The notes: generated by a model not told the origin, from the sequence alone. Positions 51,593 to 63,815 are shown, counted from the stretch's first letter. The stretch: DNA of 64,000 nucleotides from Eledone cirrhosa (GCA_964016885.1 OZ024741.1:26350001-26414000); one strand, 5' to 3'. Numbers and translations: made by a program.

Positions 51593-52389
51593 ATATATTA
51601 ATCAGAAACCTATATAAGCAAGTTGTATTTTATGGAAATATTTTTTATGAATTTTCAATTTTTATACAAATGTCAGGTTTTGGCCCCAAAGTCCAATGGA
51701 CCTCTAGGGTAGTCCAATGGGCCTCTCGGTCCCATCAACGACTTTGAGATTCCTTTTTCTTTTTAAAGCTTCAGCTTTTTCTAATTGTCTAAACTTCTGC
51801 TTGCTGACCATGGCTCTCTTTGCTGACTTTTGCATGTGTACATTCCCTGTCGATGCTGTTCATTTCTGACAAATTGTTACATAATAATACACCTGGGTTT
51901 GTCTTGTTGTTTTTGGTAGTGTTGGTGGGATGTTCTATTGGTGCTTAGATAGAAATATATCACTTTAGATAGAAGAAATCACCATGAAAATATATATCGA
52001 CTTAATATTCCATGTGACACATATGACCACCTCACATGAACTCATTACTTATCACCTAAACAATAGAAGCTGATATATCACCTGTAGAGAGTTTTTAGTT
52101 ATAAAATCTAATATATTGGTCTAGCAGTGATGTCAGGGTTAAACAAACACCCCACCCCTCCCCTCAAAATTAAAAATAAACAAAAATATATTCATTTATC
52201 TTCCCAAGATTTTGTGGAGTTTATTCTGTTATTGTTTTGTTTGTTTTTCTTTTGCAGCAGTTCTATAATATTTCTTACATGTTTTTTTTATTGTTTTAAT
52301 TGGTTCCATTGCAGTTCTGGCCATGCTGGAGCACTGCTTTCTGTACACAAACAGCATTGATTTACAGCAAAATTCAACTCTTTTATATT

Positions 52390-53420
52390 ATTGACATTCC
52401 TACATCAATTTAATTTGTCTCTTTTTTTTTTTCTGTGGTAATGGGATGAAACCATTATATAATTGCTGGGTTATCACAGATCAAGTTAGGACTTGGAGCT
52501 ACTGGCATTTCAGATGGGTCGATGGCTTGTGTCTTCTTTACATACATTTCAGCATTTTACAGAGATTACTAGGTGCAACACTAGGGAGGTTATTTGTCTT
52601 TGACTCTACTGAAGAGTCCTCCCTTTGCTATGTACCTCGTTTCCTGGCAGTTATGTTTAGGGGGTGAAAATATGTAGGAGGGGGTCATGGAGGTATGACA
52701 GGAGAAAGGGATGAGGGTGATCTCATGGGTGTATGCTAAGTGAGATATGATTAGACAGGATAATGTGGAAGGAGAGATTGCAGTCCGCCTTATGGAATTT
52801 CTGTGCACCCCTTGTTGACTTATTGTGCTAGGTTTTTCTCCCTTGTCTGGAATTCTGCTTCCAAACTCTCCTGCAAATTCAGCTAATAGGACTGTGTCAT
52901 TAGCATACAGGAGTTCTCATGGACAGCCAGCCTTAAACTGTTATGGTCTGAAGAACCATGATAAATAGGGGACTGAGCACAGGACTCTGGTAGACCCTCA
53001 CCACATTCGTCATTGTACACATTGCTAACTCTCGCCTCTATATATCGCTTGTACAACTCATGAGCCATTCATCACCCACCAGATTATAGAACAAGGGACT
53101 CTGTCAAAGGTCTTCTCCATATCAACAAATACTTGGTACAGAAGTTTGCATCTAATTAGTTGTACTATAATCATTTCAGTAACTTTTATGACAAGGTCCA
53201 TCACTTCTCTCTAGTGTATCTCTTTGCACTTGTAGCAGTTTACAATGATACTGATGTGCTAGTCATTGGGTATGACACTGGGTCTGACAAGCTTGTAACC
53301 TACAATGTCAGATGATTTTAGGATCTCAGCAATTATACTGGAAGACCCAGTTGCCCTCAAATCTTCAATTGCTTTGTCTACTACACTGCTATCATTCTTT
53401 ATAGTTGGTCTCTCAATTAT
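52390..53420 (-). mobile_element. Degenerate RTE RT fragment
   Basis: Minus-strand remnant LYQVFVDMEKTFDRVP around 53095-53145. Confidence 0.65.
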
Positions 53421-53632
53421 TCTCTTTGTGATATATAATTAAGCCAAAATCCCAATTTGGGAGGGAAATAAGTTAGTCTTACTCGTATAGTTCCCCAACC
53501 GTGGTTTCTCGAATTGAAGAAACAATATTAGTCATTTCAAAACATTGGAATAACCAATATTTGAAGAATTACATATATATATATATATATATATATAAAT
53601 GGTGATGGTATATATATATATATATATATATA

Positions 53633-54901
53633 TCAGTCAAAAGGACTTAAAATTAACCTGTCTAAGACCAAAGTACTAGTTTGTAGGAAAGAAAACAAGG
53701 CGGCGGTCCCTTCTGGGAAATGGTCGTGCTCGGTGTGTAGGAAAGGCGTAGGTAGAAACTCCATTTTATGTCCTAAATGCAAAGTATGGGTGCATAAAAG
53801 ATGTAGTGGGATCACAGGTAAGCTAACTAAGAACATAGATTTTACATGTGGCCGGTGCTCTGGTGCAATAAGTAGCAGCAAGTGCCCACAAACTACTAGC
53901 TCTTTCAATTGCGCAGAGGGTTCTATAGAAATAGTGGACAGCTTCCGTTACCTGGGCGATAAAATCAGCAGTGGGGGAGGGTGCTCTGAAAGTACTGTAG
54001 CTAGAGTCAGAACTGGTTGGAAAAAGTTCAGAGAGCTTATACCACTATTAGCTGCTAAAGGGTTCTCACTAAAAATGAAAGGCAGGTTGTACGATGCCTG
54101 CATACGAACAGCAATGCTGCACGGCAGTGAGACCTGGGCATTGTGTGCAGAGGATATACGCAGACTAGAGAGGAACGAAGCTTGCATGCTCCGCTGGATG
54201 TGTAACAGTAATATACGTGAACAGCAAAGCATAAACGAACTAAGGAAAAAATTAGAGATAAGAGGGATCAGATGTTGTTTACTCGAGAGAAGGCTACGTT
54301 GGTATGGACACGTGATGCGCATGAAAGTCGATAGCTGTATAACAAAGTGCAGGGCAATAAAGATAGACGGTAGTCACGGAATAGGCAGACCTAGGAAAAC
54401 CTGGGACGAGCTGATAAACTCCGACATCACACACTTACACCTCTCCAAGACAATGTCACTGGACCGAGACCTTTGGCGGTACTCAGTAACAGAGAAGACC
54501 CGCCTTACCTAAATATATAGTAAAACCTACTCCAGCCAGTAGGCATCTCTAACAAAATACACCCCGTCCCACCACCCCCGCCCCCACCCCATCCACACCA
54601 CCCCGTTCTATGTAAAGTTATGTTGGTGCCGCGCCATCGAGGCCGAAACAAATGAGATCGTGTAGGTGTCACGACAAAAAAACACACAGTCCACGCTGTA
54701 ATGTGGCCGTGTAGGCAACACGGTAAAAACCTCCCAGACCCACACTGTAAATGTGGTTGGTGTTAGGAAGGGCATCCAACTGTAGAAAACATGCGAGCAA
54801 GACAATCACTCTTGCCTCAAGTGGGACTACCCCCGTCCAAACCCATGCAAGCGTGGAACACGGACGTTAAACGTTGATGATGATGATGATGATGATGATG
54901 A
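53633..54901 (+). mobile_element. RTE family 2-like 3' fragment including the Cys/His finger
   Basis: ORF 53733-54512 is homologous to 7328-8230; 3' UTR related to 10160-10464; (TGA)n tail; flanked by (TA)n. Confidence 0.93.
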
Positions 54902-54909
54902 TATATATA

Positions 54910-55043
54910 CAGGTAAAATTCTGTTATAATGAATATCGTTGAATTTTTTTTCAATCCCCAGCCACACGCTCGATGTGTTAGGTCAATCTTGTTATAAAGA
55001 ATTTTCCGTACCCCATGAATTTTGTTATAATGGAATTTCACTG
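54910..55043. mobile_element. Small Tc1/pogo-like MITE
   Basis: TIRs CAGGTAAAATTCTGTTATAA / TTATAATGGAATTTCACTG flanked by TA. Confidence 0.7.
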
Positions 55044-55152
55044 TATATATATATACACACACACACATAAAATTAAGCCCATTTATGTCCTGATAAGTCT
55101 TTCAGAGAAATAAAAATAAAACTGCTAACATTTTGTTTCTTTTCTTCTATAG

Positions 55153-55365
55153 GATGAGCAGACACTACCTCCTGCACCGAGCACTGTAACACCTGAGCTT
55201 GCTGCACCACCACCGCCACCACCACCACCACCACCAATGTCCACTTCACAGCTTGGTAGACAACGTTCCATTCTCAACCGTGTCAGTGATGAACAGAAGA
55301 AGTGGAAAGGTACTGTCCAGGAGCAGAGACGTAACATCTATGACCGTCATTCCATGTTGAATTAA
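55153..55365 (+). CDS. TMEM9: TMEM9-family terminal exon (DEQTLPPAP...P10...SILNRVSDEQKKWKGTVQEQRRNIYDRHSMLN*)
   Basis: Long pyrimidine tract plus tAG acceptor; conserved TMEM9 C-terminus (LNRV...Q..WK..VQEQR..I.DRH.ML); TAA at 55363-55365. Confidence 0.95.
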   Translation, partial: DEQTLPPAPSTVTPELAAPPPPPPPPPPMSTSQLGRQRSILNRVSDEQKKWKGTVQEQRRNIYDRHSMLN

Positions 55366-55445
55366 CAACAACTTTCTTCCTTATAAAACATATCTTACTC
55401 TGCTGCTGCCCACTAGTCAGTTGTGATGTGTGTGTCTGTAAGATG

Positions 55446-55452
<7 letters not shown>

Positions 55453-55523
<71 letters not shown>
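55453..55523. repeat. (GT)n microsatellite in the TMEM9 3' UTR
   Basis: About 35 perfect GT units. Confidence 0.95.
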
Positions 55524-55527
<4 letters not shown>

Positions 55528-55868
55528 AGAACTGAAGTTACATAGTTGTTGGTGAAATATCAATCTGTAAATAATGGAACTGAATTTGTGCTGCAGTGAT
55601 TGAAAAGTGGAGGCTTTTAATGTTTCCTTGTATCTGAAAATCTGATATATTCTATTAGTTTCAGCAGAAGAAGAAGCTATTAGTTAAGAAGAGTGTAATG
55701 AGTCAATGTCAACTGGTTACATTCTTCCTGGTTTTAGAAATGGTAGACAAATATAACCTCAATACCAACTGATGAGAGAGATATATATATATACACATAT
55801 CATCGATTAACGTCTATCTTCCATGCTAGCATGGGTTAGAAAACTATATATATATACGTATAAATATA

Positions 55869-55969
55869 CAGGGTGTCCCCCAAAAATGTATACACATTTC
55901 AATAGCATTCTAATAAATATTGCCTGTACAGGTAATCAAAGTATGTATACGGTTTTTGGAGACATCCTG
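55869..55969. mobile_element. Mariner-like MITE in the TMEM9 3' UTR
   Basis: TA-CAGGGTGTCCCCCAAAAA...TTTTTGGAGACATCCTG-TA. Confidence 0.75.
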
Positions 55970-56225
55970 TATATATATATATATAGATGCTATAAGTGTG
56001 TGTGGGTAAACGCTATGTATATATATGTGTATGTATGTAGATGCTATGTATATATATATCTATAAATCCAAACATTTGTAAATGTCTGTGAAACATGAAT
56101 GCCAGTAAAACTGTTATAACCCAATTCCAAAATGTTATATAATTGAATATGAAAGAAATTCTTCCAGTGAACAAGATTTTGTCTGAATGAAAAACTGTTA
56201 ATATGTTATAATTTATTATATATTG

Positions 56226-56231
56226 AATAAA
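56226..56231 (+). promoter_or_regulatory. Candidate polyadenylation signal of TMEM9
   Basis: AATAAA about 860 nt after the stop, followed by T-rich sequence. Confidence 0.5.
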
Positions 56232-56279
56232 AACTGAAAACCTATTATTTTAGTTTTCATCTAAAGTAAATTATTGATA

Positions 56280-56745
56280 TCCTATCTTCAATTCCATATT
56301 TGTGCCAACCCTTACCTATGGTCATGAGACTTGGGTAATGACTGAAAGAATACGATCGTGAATACAAACGGCTGAAATGGGATTCCTCCGAAGGGTCTTT
56401 GGAGTAACATTTCTTGATAGAGAGCGTAGTTCAGAGCTCAGAGAATCACTCCAAGTAGAGCTGCTACTTCTCTGAACTGAGAGATCACAACTGTGATACT
56501 ATGGACATATGGTTAGAATGTCTCAGGAGAGAATTGCTGGACAGATTTTACTGGCAAAACCAACTGGTAAGAGACCCAGGGGTAGACCCCGAGCAAGATG
56601 GTTGGATGACATCCATGAGCTTGGCTAGTCTCACTTGGGAATCCAGCTGGATCAGTTGGAGATGGTTGCTTCTGATATGACTCGCTGGAAGGAGTGTTTG
56701 AGGACTGTCCCCATGACCCTCTCAGGTATAAGTGAGAGAAGAAGA
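56280..56745 (+). mobile_element. RTE-like family 3, degenerate 3' end
   Basis: PTLTYGHETW...AEMGFLRRV, similar to 49285-49739. Confidence 0.8.
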
Positions 56746-57557
56746 TTGTGTGTGTGTGTGTGTGTGTGTGTGTCAAATATTAGTAAATACTGTTTAGGAT
56801 GTCTTACAACAATTACTGTATAGTAAGGTATTACTATGTCATTTGTCTTGGTTAGTCTAACAGGACAGTGTGAGGACAACAGTGACCTTGGTCAGTCTAA
56901 CTGGACTGTGATAACTGATCTTGGTCAGTCTAATGGGACAGTGTGGACAACACTGGCCTTGGTCAGTCTAATGGGACAGTGGACAACACTGGCTTTAGTC
57001 AGTGTGTGGACATTTAACTGGGAAACAAGGGAGATAATGTATTCTGTAGTTCAAGGGTGTCAAACTGAAGGACTCAAAATCACCATTACATTATGAGGAG
57101 AAGCACAGCAGGTCAAAAGAGAGATGACGGTAGGGACATTTCCACCAGTTACAACATTAATCTACAATACAGCATATAACCTGCTATTATCTGATTTTCA
57201 TCAAAATGTATTCATGTATGATAGTAAGTGGGATATGTGAATACATTTTGGGAACAAATTTTCCATTTCAAAATACAAACAAGAAAAAAATCAAATCTGT
57301 TTGACCCTTTTATGATTGTATTTCTAATGAAATACACTATTTTAATTAATTAATGAAGAATTTTGAGAGATTTACAAAAAATTTCATTATTTATTTCATT
57401 ATTAAGATAGTAACTTATATAAAATCATGAAGATTTTAATTTGAATTGGAAACCTTTAAAATGAGTGGTTTTATTTCATAGAATTGGAGCTGGTTTTGGC
57501 TGGGTTGGTAACTAAAGGGTTAAGTGCTGCAAATCTATAAATTTGTAAACTCAGCAA

Positions 57558-57870
57558 TCATCATCATTTTACGCCCGCTTTTCTCTGCTTGCAGAGATGG
57601 GATGGGTCCTATTAAGCATAGCATCTCTCCATTTGTCACGGTCCTTCGTCATCTCCTCCGTGTGTTTCAGCGATCTGAGGTCAGCTCTCACCTCCTCAGC
57701 CTATGATTTTTGTGGTCTTCCTCTACTGCGTCGTCCTTCTACTGGGATTTCTTTACCCAGCGATCATCCTCCATGCGCATCACATGTCCATACCAACGCA
57801 GTCTTCTCTCCCGCACACTATAGTTTATCCCTCTTATACACAGTTTCTCTCTTAACTCGTCCATGCTTGG
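57558..57870 (-). mobile_element. Degenerate RTE family 1 3' end
   Basis: Reverse complement of RLRWYGHVMRMEDDR..., with (GAT)n tail. Confidence 0.85.
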
Positions 57871-58173
57871 AGATGTTTAAAAAAAAAAATAAGATCAATT
57901 TTTTGAAAATCATTTTTATTGATTAAATTTTCAGTTTAAAGTTTAGATTTGAACTTTTAATCAATTCATGTGTGTGTATATAGGAGGAGGATGGGCGGGG
58001 TAAAATATTTTTAAGCAAGAGAGGAATAATTAACTGGGTTTTACTGTTAAATAGGGTGGGAAGTCACATTTCGATGTGGTGGAGAAGGGGTTGTGTTTGT
58101 AAAAAATTAACAGCAGTTTGACCAAAGGTAGATCAAATCTCATGGAGAATAGTAGAAGTGTTTTGACATAGCA

Positions 58174-58351
58174 GGACCACATGGGGTCTGTTATAGTGGC
58201 TTGGTAGAGGTCAACCTTATAAGAAGGTGGACCACATGGGGTCTGTTATAGTGGCTTGGTAGAGGTCAACCTTATAAGCAGGTGGACCACATGGGGTCTG
58301 TTATAGTGGCTTGGTAGAGGTTAACCTTATAAGCAGGTGGACCACATGGGC
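58174..58351. repeat. Tandem repeat, 55-bp unit, about 3 copies
   Basis: GGACCACATGGGGTCTGTTATAGTGGCTTGGTAGAGGTCAACCTTATAAGCAGGT. Confidence 0.9.
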
Positions 58352-58859
58352 TAACATGTAGTCTGTTGTAGGGACCATGTAGGTTAATTGTAGAAGCAGG
58401 GGGATCACATAAGTTAACATGAATATATTCTTAACCTGACACAGTGAAGCAAGTGAGTCCCAAGTCTCAGGTTAAATGTCAGTTTAGCATGGGGAGTCTA
58501 GGGTCACCAGTAAAAATATGAGAACCCTTGAAATAGGGTCAACAATGATGTCTTAATCCACCATTGTAGTATCACAGGATCAATAGTAAGAAGGTGTAGT
58601 ATCAAACCCAACATTGAACTATCAGTCAATCCCTAAATCTTATATACCCTTGTGTCCCTCCTCCACACTCCTAAACCTTATATATCCATGTGCCACACCC
58701 CTACAACTTATATATCTGTCACACCCCTCCCCAAACCCTTGTATCACACCCCTCTCAACCCCTAAACCTTACATTCCCTAGTGTCACCCCACCCCATAAA
58801 CCTTATATTCCCTCATGTCCCAGCTCTTTCCCCCTAAAACAACAATAACAATATAAGTT

Positions 58860-59074
58860 ATAACATTTTAGCATTTAAACTGAACATATCCAGCCAGAAT
58901 TCTCTCACCTCTTTCTGTTCAAACCGGCTGTAACTGGCCATTCATACTGATGTTAAGGTATTGTTCTCAAAATAAGTAATATCAAAATTGCATAGATTCG
59001 ATATTATATGAGGTAAAGCCTTAACTGTGAAAATACAATAGTAAGTATAGAGCAATTTAAATGCTAAAGGGTTA
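58860..59074. mobile_element. TTAA-flanked (piggyBac-like) MITE; relatives at about 29808-30339, 42100-42554, 57300-57523 and 62905-63142
   Basis: Ends TTAACATTTTAGCATTTAAA...TTTAAATGCTAAAGGGTTAA; homologous to 29808-29980 and 30300-30339, where SINEs interrupt it. Confidence 0.6.
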
Positions 59075-59788
59075 AATACAGGGAAGTCCCAGGGCAGATG
59101 CTACACTTCTTTAACCACAGGGATGTCCCACAGCAGATGCTACACTTCTTTCCAGTATGGAGGAGTAAATTTAACTGTTCCAGAAAACACTAAAAATTGT
59201 TAACTTAACCTTTACATTTATTTCCTGCTGTCTACATTTTTGTCACACTCCATGCAACCTGGTCATTGACACAGAGTGACTGAGTTATAGTGATCAGGTC
59301 AGAGAATGTGATGAATAGAACTGTACCACTACTCTATGGGTCTCCAATAATCGTCTCCCTACCCCTTTTCTTATTAATTTTTCAGATTTTTCCACCCCTG
59401 CTTATTTAAATTTTGCTAATCTCCAGTGAAATTTTTTTATTTTTTTAAATCAATGGAGACAACCTAGGAAAATCACAGATTTTCCAATACCCCACCCTGC
59501 TTATTTCAACTCCCCTACTTATTCCCCCACCCCTTTATTAAGGACCCAAGGGTACGTTGCAAACAGTGTGACAAATATTTAGACAGCAGGAAATGAATAA
59601 TAACTGTAAGGTTAAGTAACAGTTTTTCAAGGGTTCAAATGACTCTTCCATAAGGTTTAACATGTCTGAGGTGAAGTCACTAGCCAGGTAAATATAACTC
59701 CATTTCTTTAATGTTTACAACTCCAAGGTAGACTTAGACATTTTATATTGCAAACAATAGATCTACATTGGTCTCACTGTTATTGTTG

Positions 59789-59866
59789 TTAGCTTGACCC
59801 TGAAGCTGCTGCTGATGTTGACCGTGACCCAGGGCCAGACCCTGAATTACATATAAAGCAAGTGAT
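59789..59866 (-). CDS. VPS41: VPS41 terminal exon (ITCFICNSGSGPGSRSTSAAASGSS*)
   Basis: tttttatttccAG acceptor; final CxxC followed by GPGS as in the VPS41 C-terminus; TAA stop. Confidence 0.88.
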   Translation of the reverse strand: MTCFICNSGSGPGSRSTSAAASGSS

Positions 59867-60782
59867 CTGGAAATAAAAAAACAAAACAAAATATAAACAA
59901 ATTCAGGGTTGATTTTTTTTTTTTTTGTAAGAACCAAAACATTTACAGGGTTAACATTTGATACTGTGAAAGGCAGTTTGTTGGGAGGGCCCTTCAGTCA
60001 CACCAAGGCATGACAGCCTTCCTAGTGTTTGGTGATCTACAAACACACTCAGTACATGCTGTAAAGTGGTTGGTGACAGGAAGGACATCAAGCTGTAGAA
60101 AGCTTGCCAAACAAAGGGTTGGGAGGACCCTCATTTGTGTCAAAGACTGACAACCTCTCCTGTGCATGATCGTATATAAGTGAGACAACAGATCCCTGGC
60201 CTGCCTGGGAGATCTGTGGCTCTGCTGTAGTACTGACTTGGTCTACCTGTCCAACCCTTGCTAGCAGGGAAACTGGACATTAAAATGATGATGATATATT
60301 CTAAATTACCACAAAGAAAAAAAAAACAAAACATATGGCGGGATTTGAACTCAGAGAGCCAGAATGAATACCATAAAGCATTCTATCTGATGTTCTAACG
60401 ACTCTGCCAATTTGCTGCCTCGTTACACAGAGAGAGAGGATTACTGAATACATGAACAATCACAAAAAATGTGAATTAGCTTTTTGATCAATTTATATGG
60501 TTTGCATAAGAGAAACCCTATAGCTTAAGTTGATTATTAACATGTGGGAGTGATTAAAGATAATGATATTTTAATAATTTTTTTTACTGATATAACAGCA
60601 TAAATGTTCAGCATGTATGAATAAATGACATACAGGATTAAATGTATGAGTAACTTTGGAGAAATATTTACAGGGACAAATGTTGGGTTAGAACAGGATT
60701 TTGTGATTGGAAAATGAACTTCCTATTGTTGTAACATGACTGAGATAGGAAATGCGCTGTGTGTGTAAATTTTAGAGTTACA

Positions 60783-61315
60783 TTCTCGGCAGAGCTGTTC
60801 TGTTAGAGAACTGGTCGCAGGTGATGGATAGTGATACAGTTATCAGATATGGTTAGTTGCGATATAATTGTTAACCATCTTGCCAACGACAACCCTGAGT
60901 ACCTTTTTGATTTCCATGTGTCTAACACACGTGGACATGTCCACAAAGTCAGAAAACAGCACAGTTCCCATGACTTTCGGAAACATTTTTTCACGCTCAG
61001 AGTTGCTGAAGCATGGAACAAACTACCTGCATCAGTTGTTAGCTGTCGAGACACTGCATTCTTTAAAACCTCCATGGAACAAACTACCTGCATCAGTTGT
61101 TAGCTGCTGAGACACTGCATCCTTTAAAACCTCCATGCTTCCCGAGATTCGCCAACATTACACCTAATGTTCCCCCTTCACACACATACACACATATATC
61201 ATGACTCATACACTATTCACTTCCCTGACATTTGTATATTATTCTATGTACTATACATGTACCTTTGACGAGTTGTAGTGCACCTGAGCACTGTACACAA
61301 TAATTTCATTATTAT
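60783..61315 (+). mobile_element. CR1-clade LINE 3' end with an internal 61-bp duplication
   Basis: NTRGH..K.....RKHFFTLRVAEAWNKLPASVV, the typical CR1 C-terminus; the tail GTAGTGCACCTGAGCACTGTACACAATAAT also occurs near 51550. Confidence 0.85.
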
Positions 61316-61870
61316 ATTATTTAAGTGGGAAGCTGCTGGATGAATAAGGACCAACAGCGGTAAACTACAAGGAGAAATGGAGTAATGAGTGACACCTGCG
61401 GCTCCCAAGAAAACTCTCACAACCCAGTGACATAGCCATGACAAGGCAAGTAAAGGTTGCCTCTAAAAAAGCCTAGTCTTCATGGGTTTGACAAAGTACC
61501 AGATTGGTGACTAGCGCAAATAAAACCACCAAAACTGCAATATGGTGAGAGGAACACACAAAGATATATATAAACATAGAAACACACACAGTGTATTATT
61601 ATGGTTGATAGACTATAGAACACATGACAACCCATCTAACCCATGTCAGTGAGGACATTAAATGGTGATAGTCTTGAATCAGTGTATATAGCACAGGACA
61701 AACGTCCACAAGAAATGGTAAGAAAAGTGCAAGTATTAAACCTGGCTGGAAGAAGTATGTCTGATTAGTACGATAATGAGAGCAATAGAAGGTGGATATC
61801 AGCAACAGGGCTGGACGTAATGAAATAGGATGACTAGTATAGTAAGTGGAGAGCGAGAGAAGGTACTCAC

Positions 61871-61950
61871 CAATCCATTGCCCTCCATACAGTCACGGTG
61901 GAAGGAATGACGACAGAAGAATATGTACAAGTCTTGAGCACATCTTTGAT
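61871..61950 (-). CDS. VPS41: VPS41 exon (DQRCAQDLYIFFCRHSFHRDCMEGNGL), RING-H2 CxHxxHxxC
   Basis: ttgtAG acceptor and GTGAGT donor; FxCRHxFHxxC motif as in VPS41. Confidence 0.9.
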
Positions 61951-62347
61951 CTACAACATTGGTTAAAACAGTAGACATTAGAGAGTAAAAGAGACAGTTG
62001 GTACTACAATAGCATCCCCTTACACTATCTCGCTGTATACCTGGATATAGAGTAGTAGTACCCCACCCACCCTCTACCAGATGACTGTACCCCACACCCT
62101 CCCACCAGCAGATTGTAAACCTAGATATAGAGTAGTAGCACCCACCCACCCTTGCTTCCTCCCTCACCCAACATGGATATACAGCAATAGTACCTACCCT
62201 CCCCAATAGATGTCTCTATAAGAATACAGAGTAACATCCTCCCACCAGCAACACTGGCAACACCAGCACCACCACTGGCAACACCAGCACCACCACCACC
62301 AGGGTTCAGGTAGCTGCGTATAAGATGGAGTAGTTTACTTCACTTAC

Positions 62348-62392
62348 CACTTTCAATAACTGGTTTCTCACAAATTCCACATTTCTGTCCAT
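62348..62392 (-). CDS. VPS41: VPS41 exon (YGQKCGICEKPVIES), first CxxC of the RING-H2
   Basis: tctttcAG acceptor and GTAAGT donor; 45 nt, phase 1-1, compatible with both neighbours. Confidence 0.88.
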
Positions 62393-63327
62393 CTGAAAGA
62401 GAAACAGGCTCAAGTATTAACTGCTACTAAAGGAATATATATCAAACATTGATAATTTTCTTTTTATCAACAAGATTGATATGCGCAGCTTGGTTGGAAG
62501 TGGTATCACAACTGGTAGGAGGTAAAATCAGTTGGCTGGAATACGCACTCTATTGTTGCTCGATAGAGTGCGTAGCTCGGAGATCAGAGAGTCACTCCAG
62601 GTAGAGCTGTGACTTCTCCGAATTTACAGATCATAGCTCCAATACTATGGAAATATGGTTAGAATGTCTCAGGAAAGAATCACTGGTCAGATTTTATGGG
62701 TAAAACAAACAGGCAGGAGACCCAGTCGGATCAACTGGAGACTGTTGCTTCTGACAGGACTTACTGGAAGGAGTGTTTGAGGACTCTGCCCCGACGACCC
62801 TCTCCGGAATAAATGGGTGAAGAAGATTTGATAATGTATTGCTAGATATATTGAGCTGGCATAAAGGATTCCATGTTCATGGCTAATATGTCTTTCATCA
62901 CAGGTCTCCTTTCACAACCATATTTCTAATGAAATACATTCTATTTTAATTAATTAATGAACATTGTTGAGGGATTTATTAAAATTATTAATCATTTCAT
63001 TACTAAAATATTAACTTAATGTAAGGTTCATATATAAAATTATGTTGGAAGATTTTAATTTAAACTGGAAACCTTTAAAATGTGTGGTTTTATTTCATAG
63101 AACTGGAGCTGGTTTTGGCTGGGTTGGTAACTAACGGGTCAAAGATATATTGGGCTTGAATAAAGATTTCCATATTCACAGCTAACATGTCTTTTGTCAC
63201 ATGTCTGCTTGAAGAAAACAATAACAATTAGTATGTTTGTAGCAGAAAATTTAGAAAGCTACAGGCTTGTACACTTCTAGGTAAATATGAAAAAACAAAA
63301 GAGACATTGTGAAGTATTTCCACTTAC

Positions 63328-63427
63328 AATCGATCATATATCCATGTTGACGAGTTTTGATTTGTTTGGTCAGTAAACTGTAGCTGTCTTTGACAAGGAT
63401 CTTTTGACAACCTTCCAACAGGGCAAT
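63328..63427 (-). CDS. VPS41: VPS41 internal exon (IALLEGCQKILVKDSYSLLTKQIKTRQHGYMID); gene continues beyond the window
   Basis: actgtAG acceptor and GTAAGT donor on -; resembles the VPS41 segment LREGCKKILVADSLSLL..G..VD that precedes the RING (recalled human sequence). Confidence 0.9.
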
Positions 63428-63475
63428 CTACAGTAATAACAACAACAACATTACTTATATCTGGTAGTGTGTGTA

Positions 63476-63812
63476 TCATCATCATCATCATTTTATGTCC
63501 GCTTTTCCCTGCTTGCAAGGGTGGGACGGGAACTGATTCTGGCTTGATTTCTACAGCTGGATGCCCTTCCTAACACCAACCTCATTTACAGTGAGTGCTG
63601 GGTGCTTTTTTTCCGTGGCACCTCCACGACCACTTTGTAGTGGAATGATAGGGACTCCAGTCCTATCATCTCATTTCTACAGCTGAGTAAACTGGAGCAA
63701 TGTGAAATAAAGTGTCTTGCTCAAGGAAACACCACATCACATCACCCGGTCTGAGAATTGAACTCACAACCTTTTGATTGCAAGCCCAATGCTCTAACCA
63801 CTAAGCCATGTG

Positions 63813-63815
<3 letters not shown>
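63476..63815 (-). mobile_element. Full-length SINE family B with RTE-derived 3' tail
   Basis: tRNA-like head, body shared with 10196-10347, tail nearly identical to 8193-8245. Confidence 0.88.

Noticed and set aside
61799-62206. VPS18 or another RING-H2 gene as the identity of the minus-strand exons
   Set aside because: The upstream EGC.KILV.DS.SLL and terminal C..C...GPGS motifs fit VPS41; the 135-aa track ORF is mostly intron.
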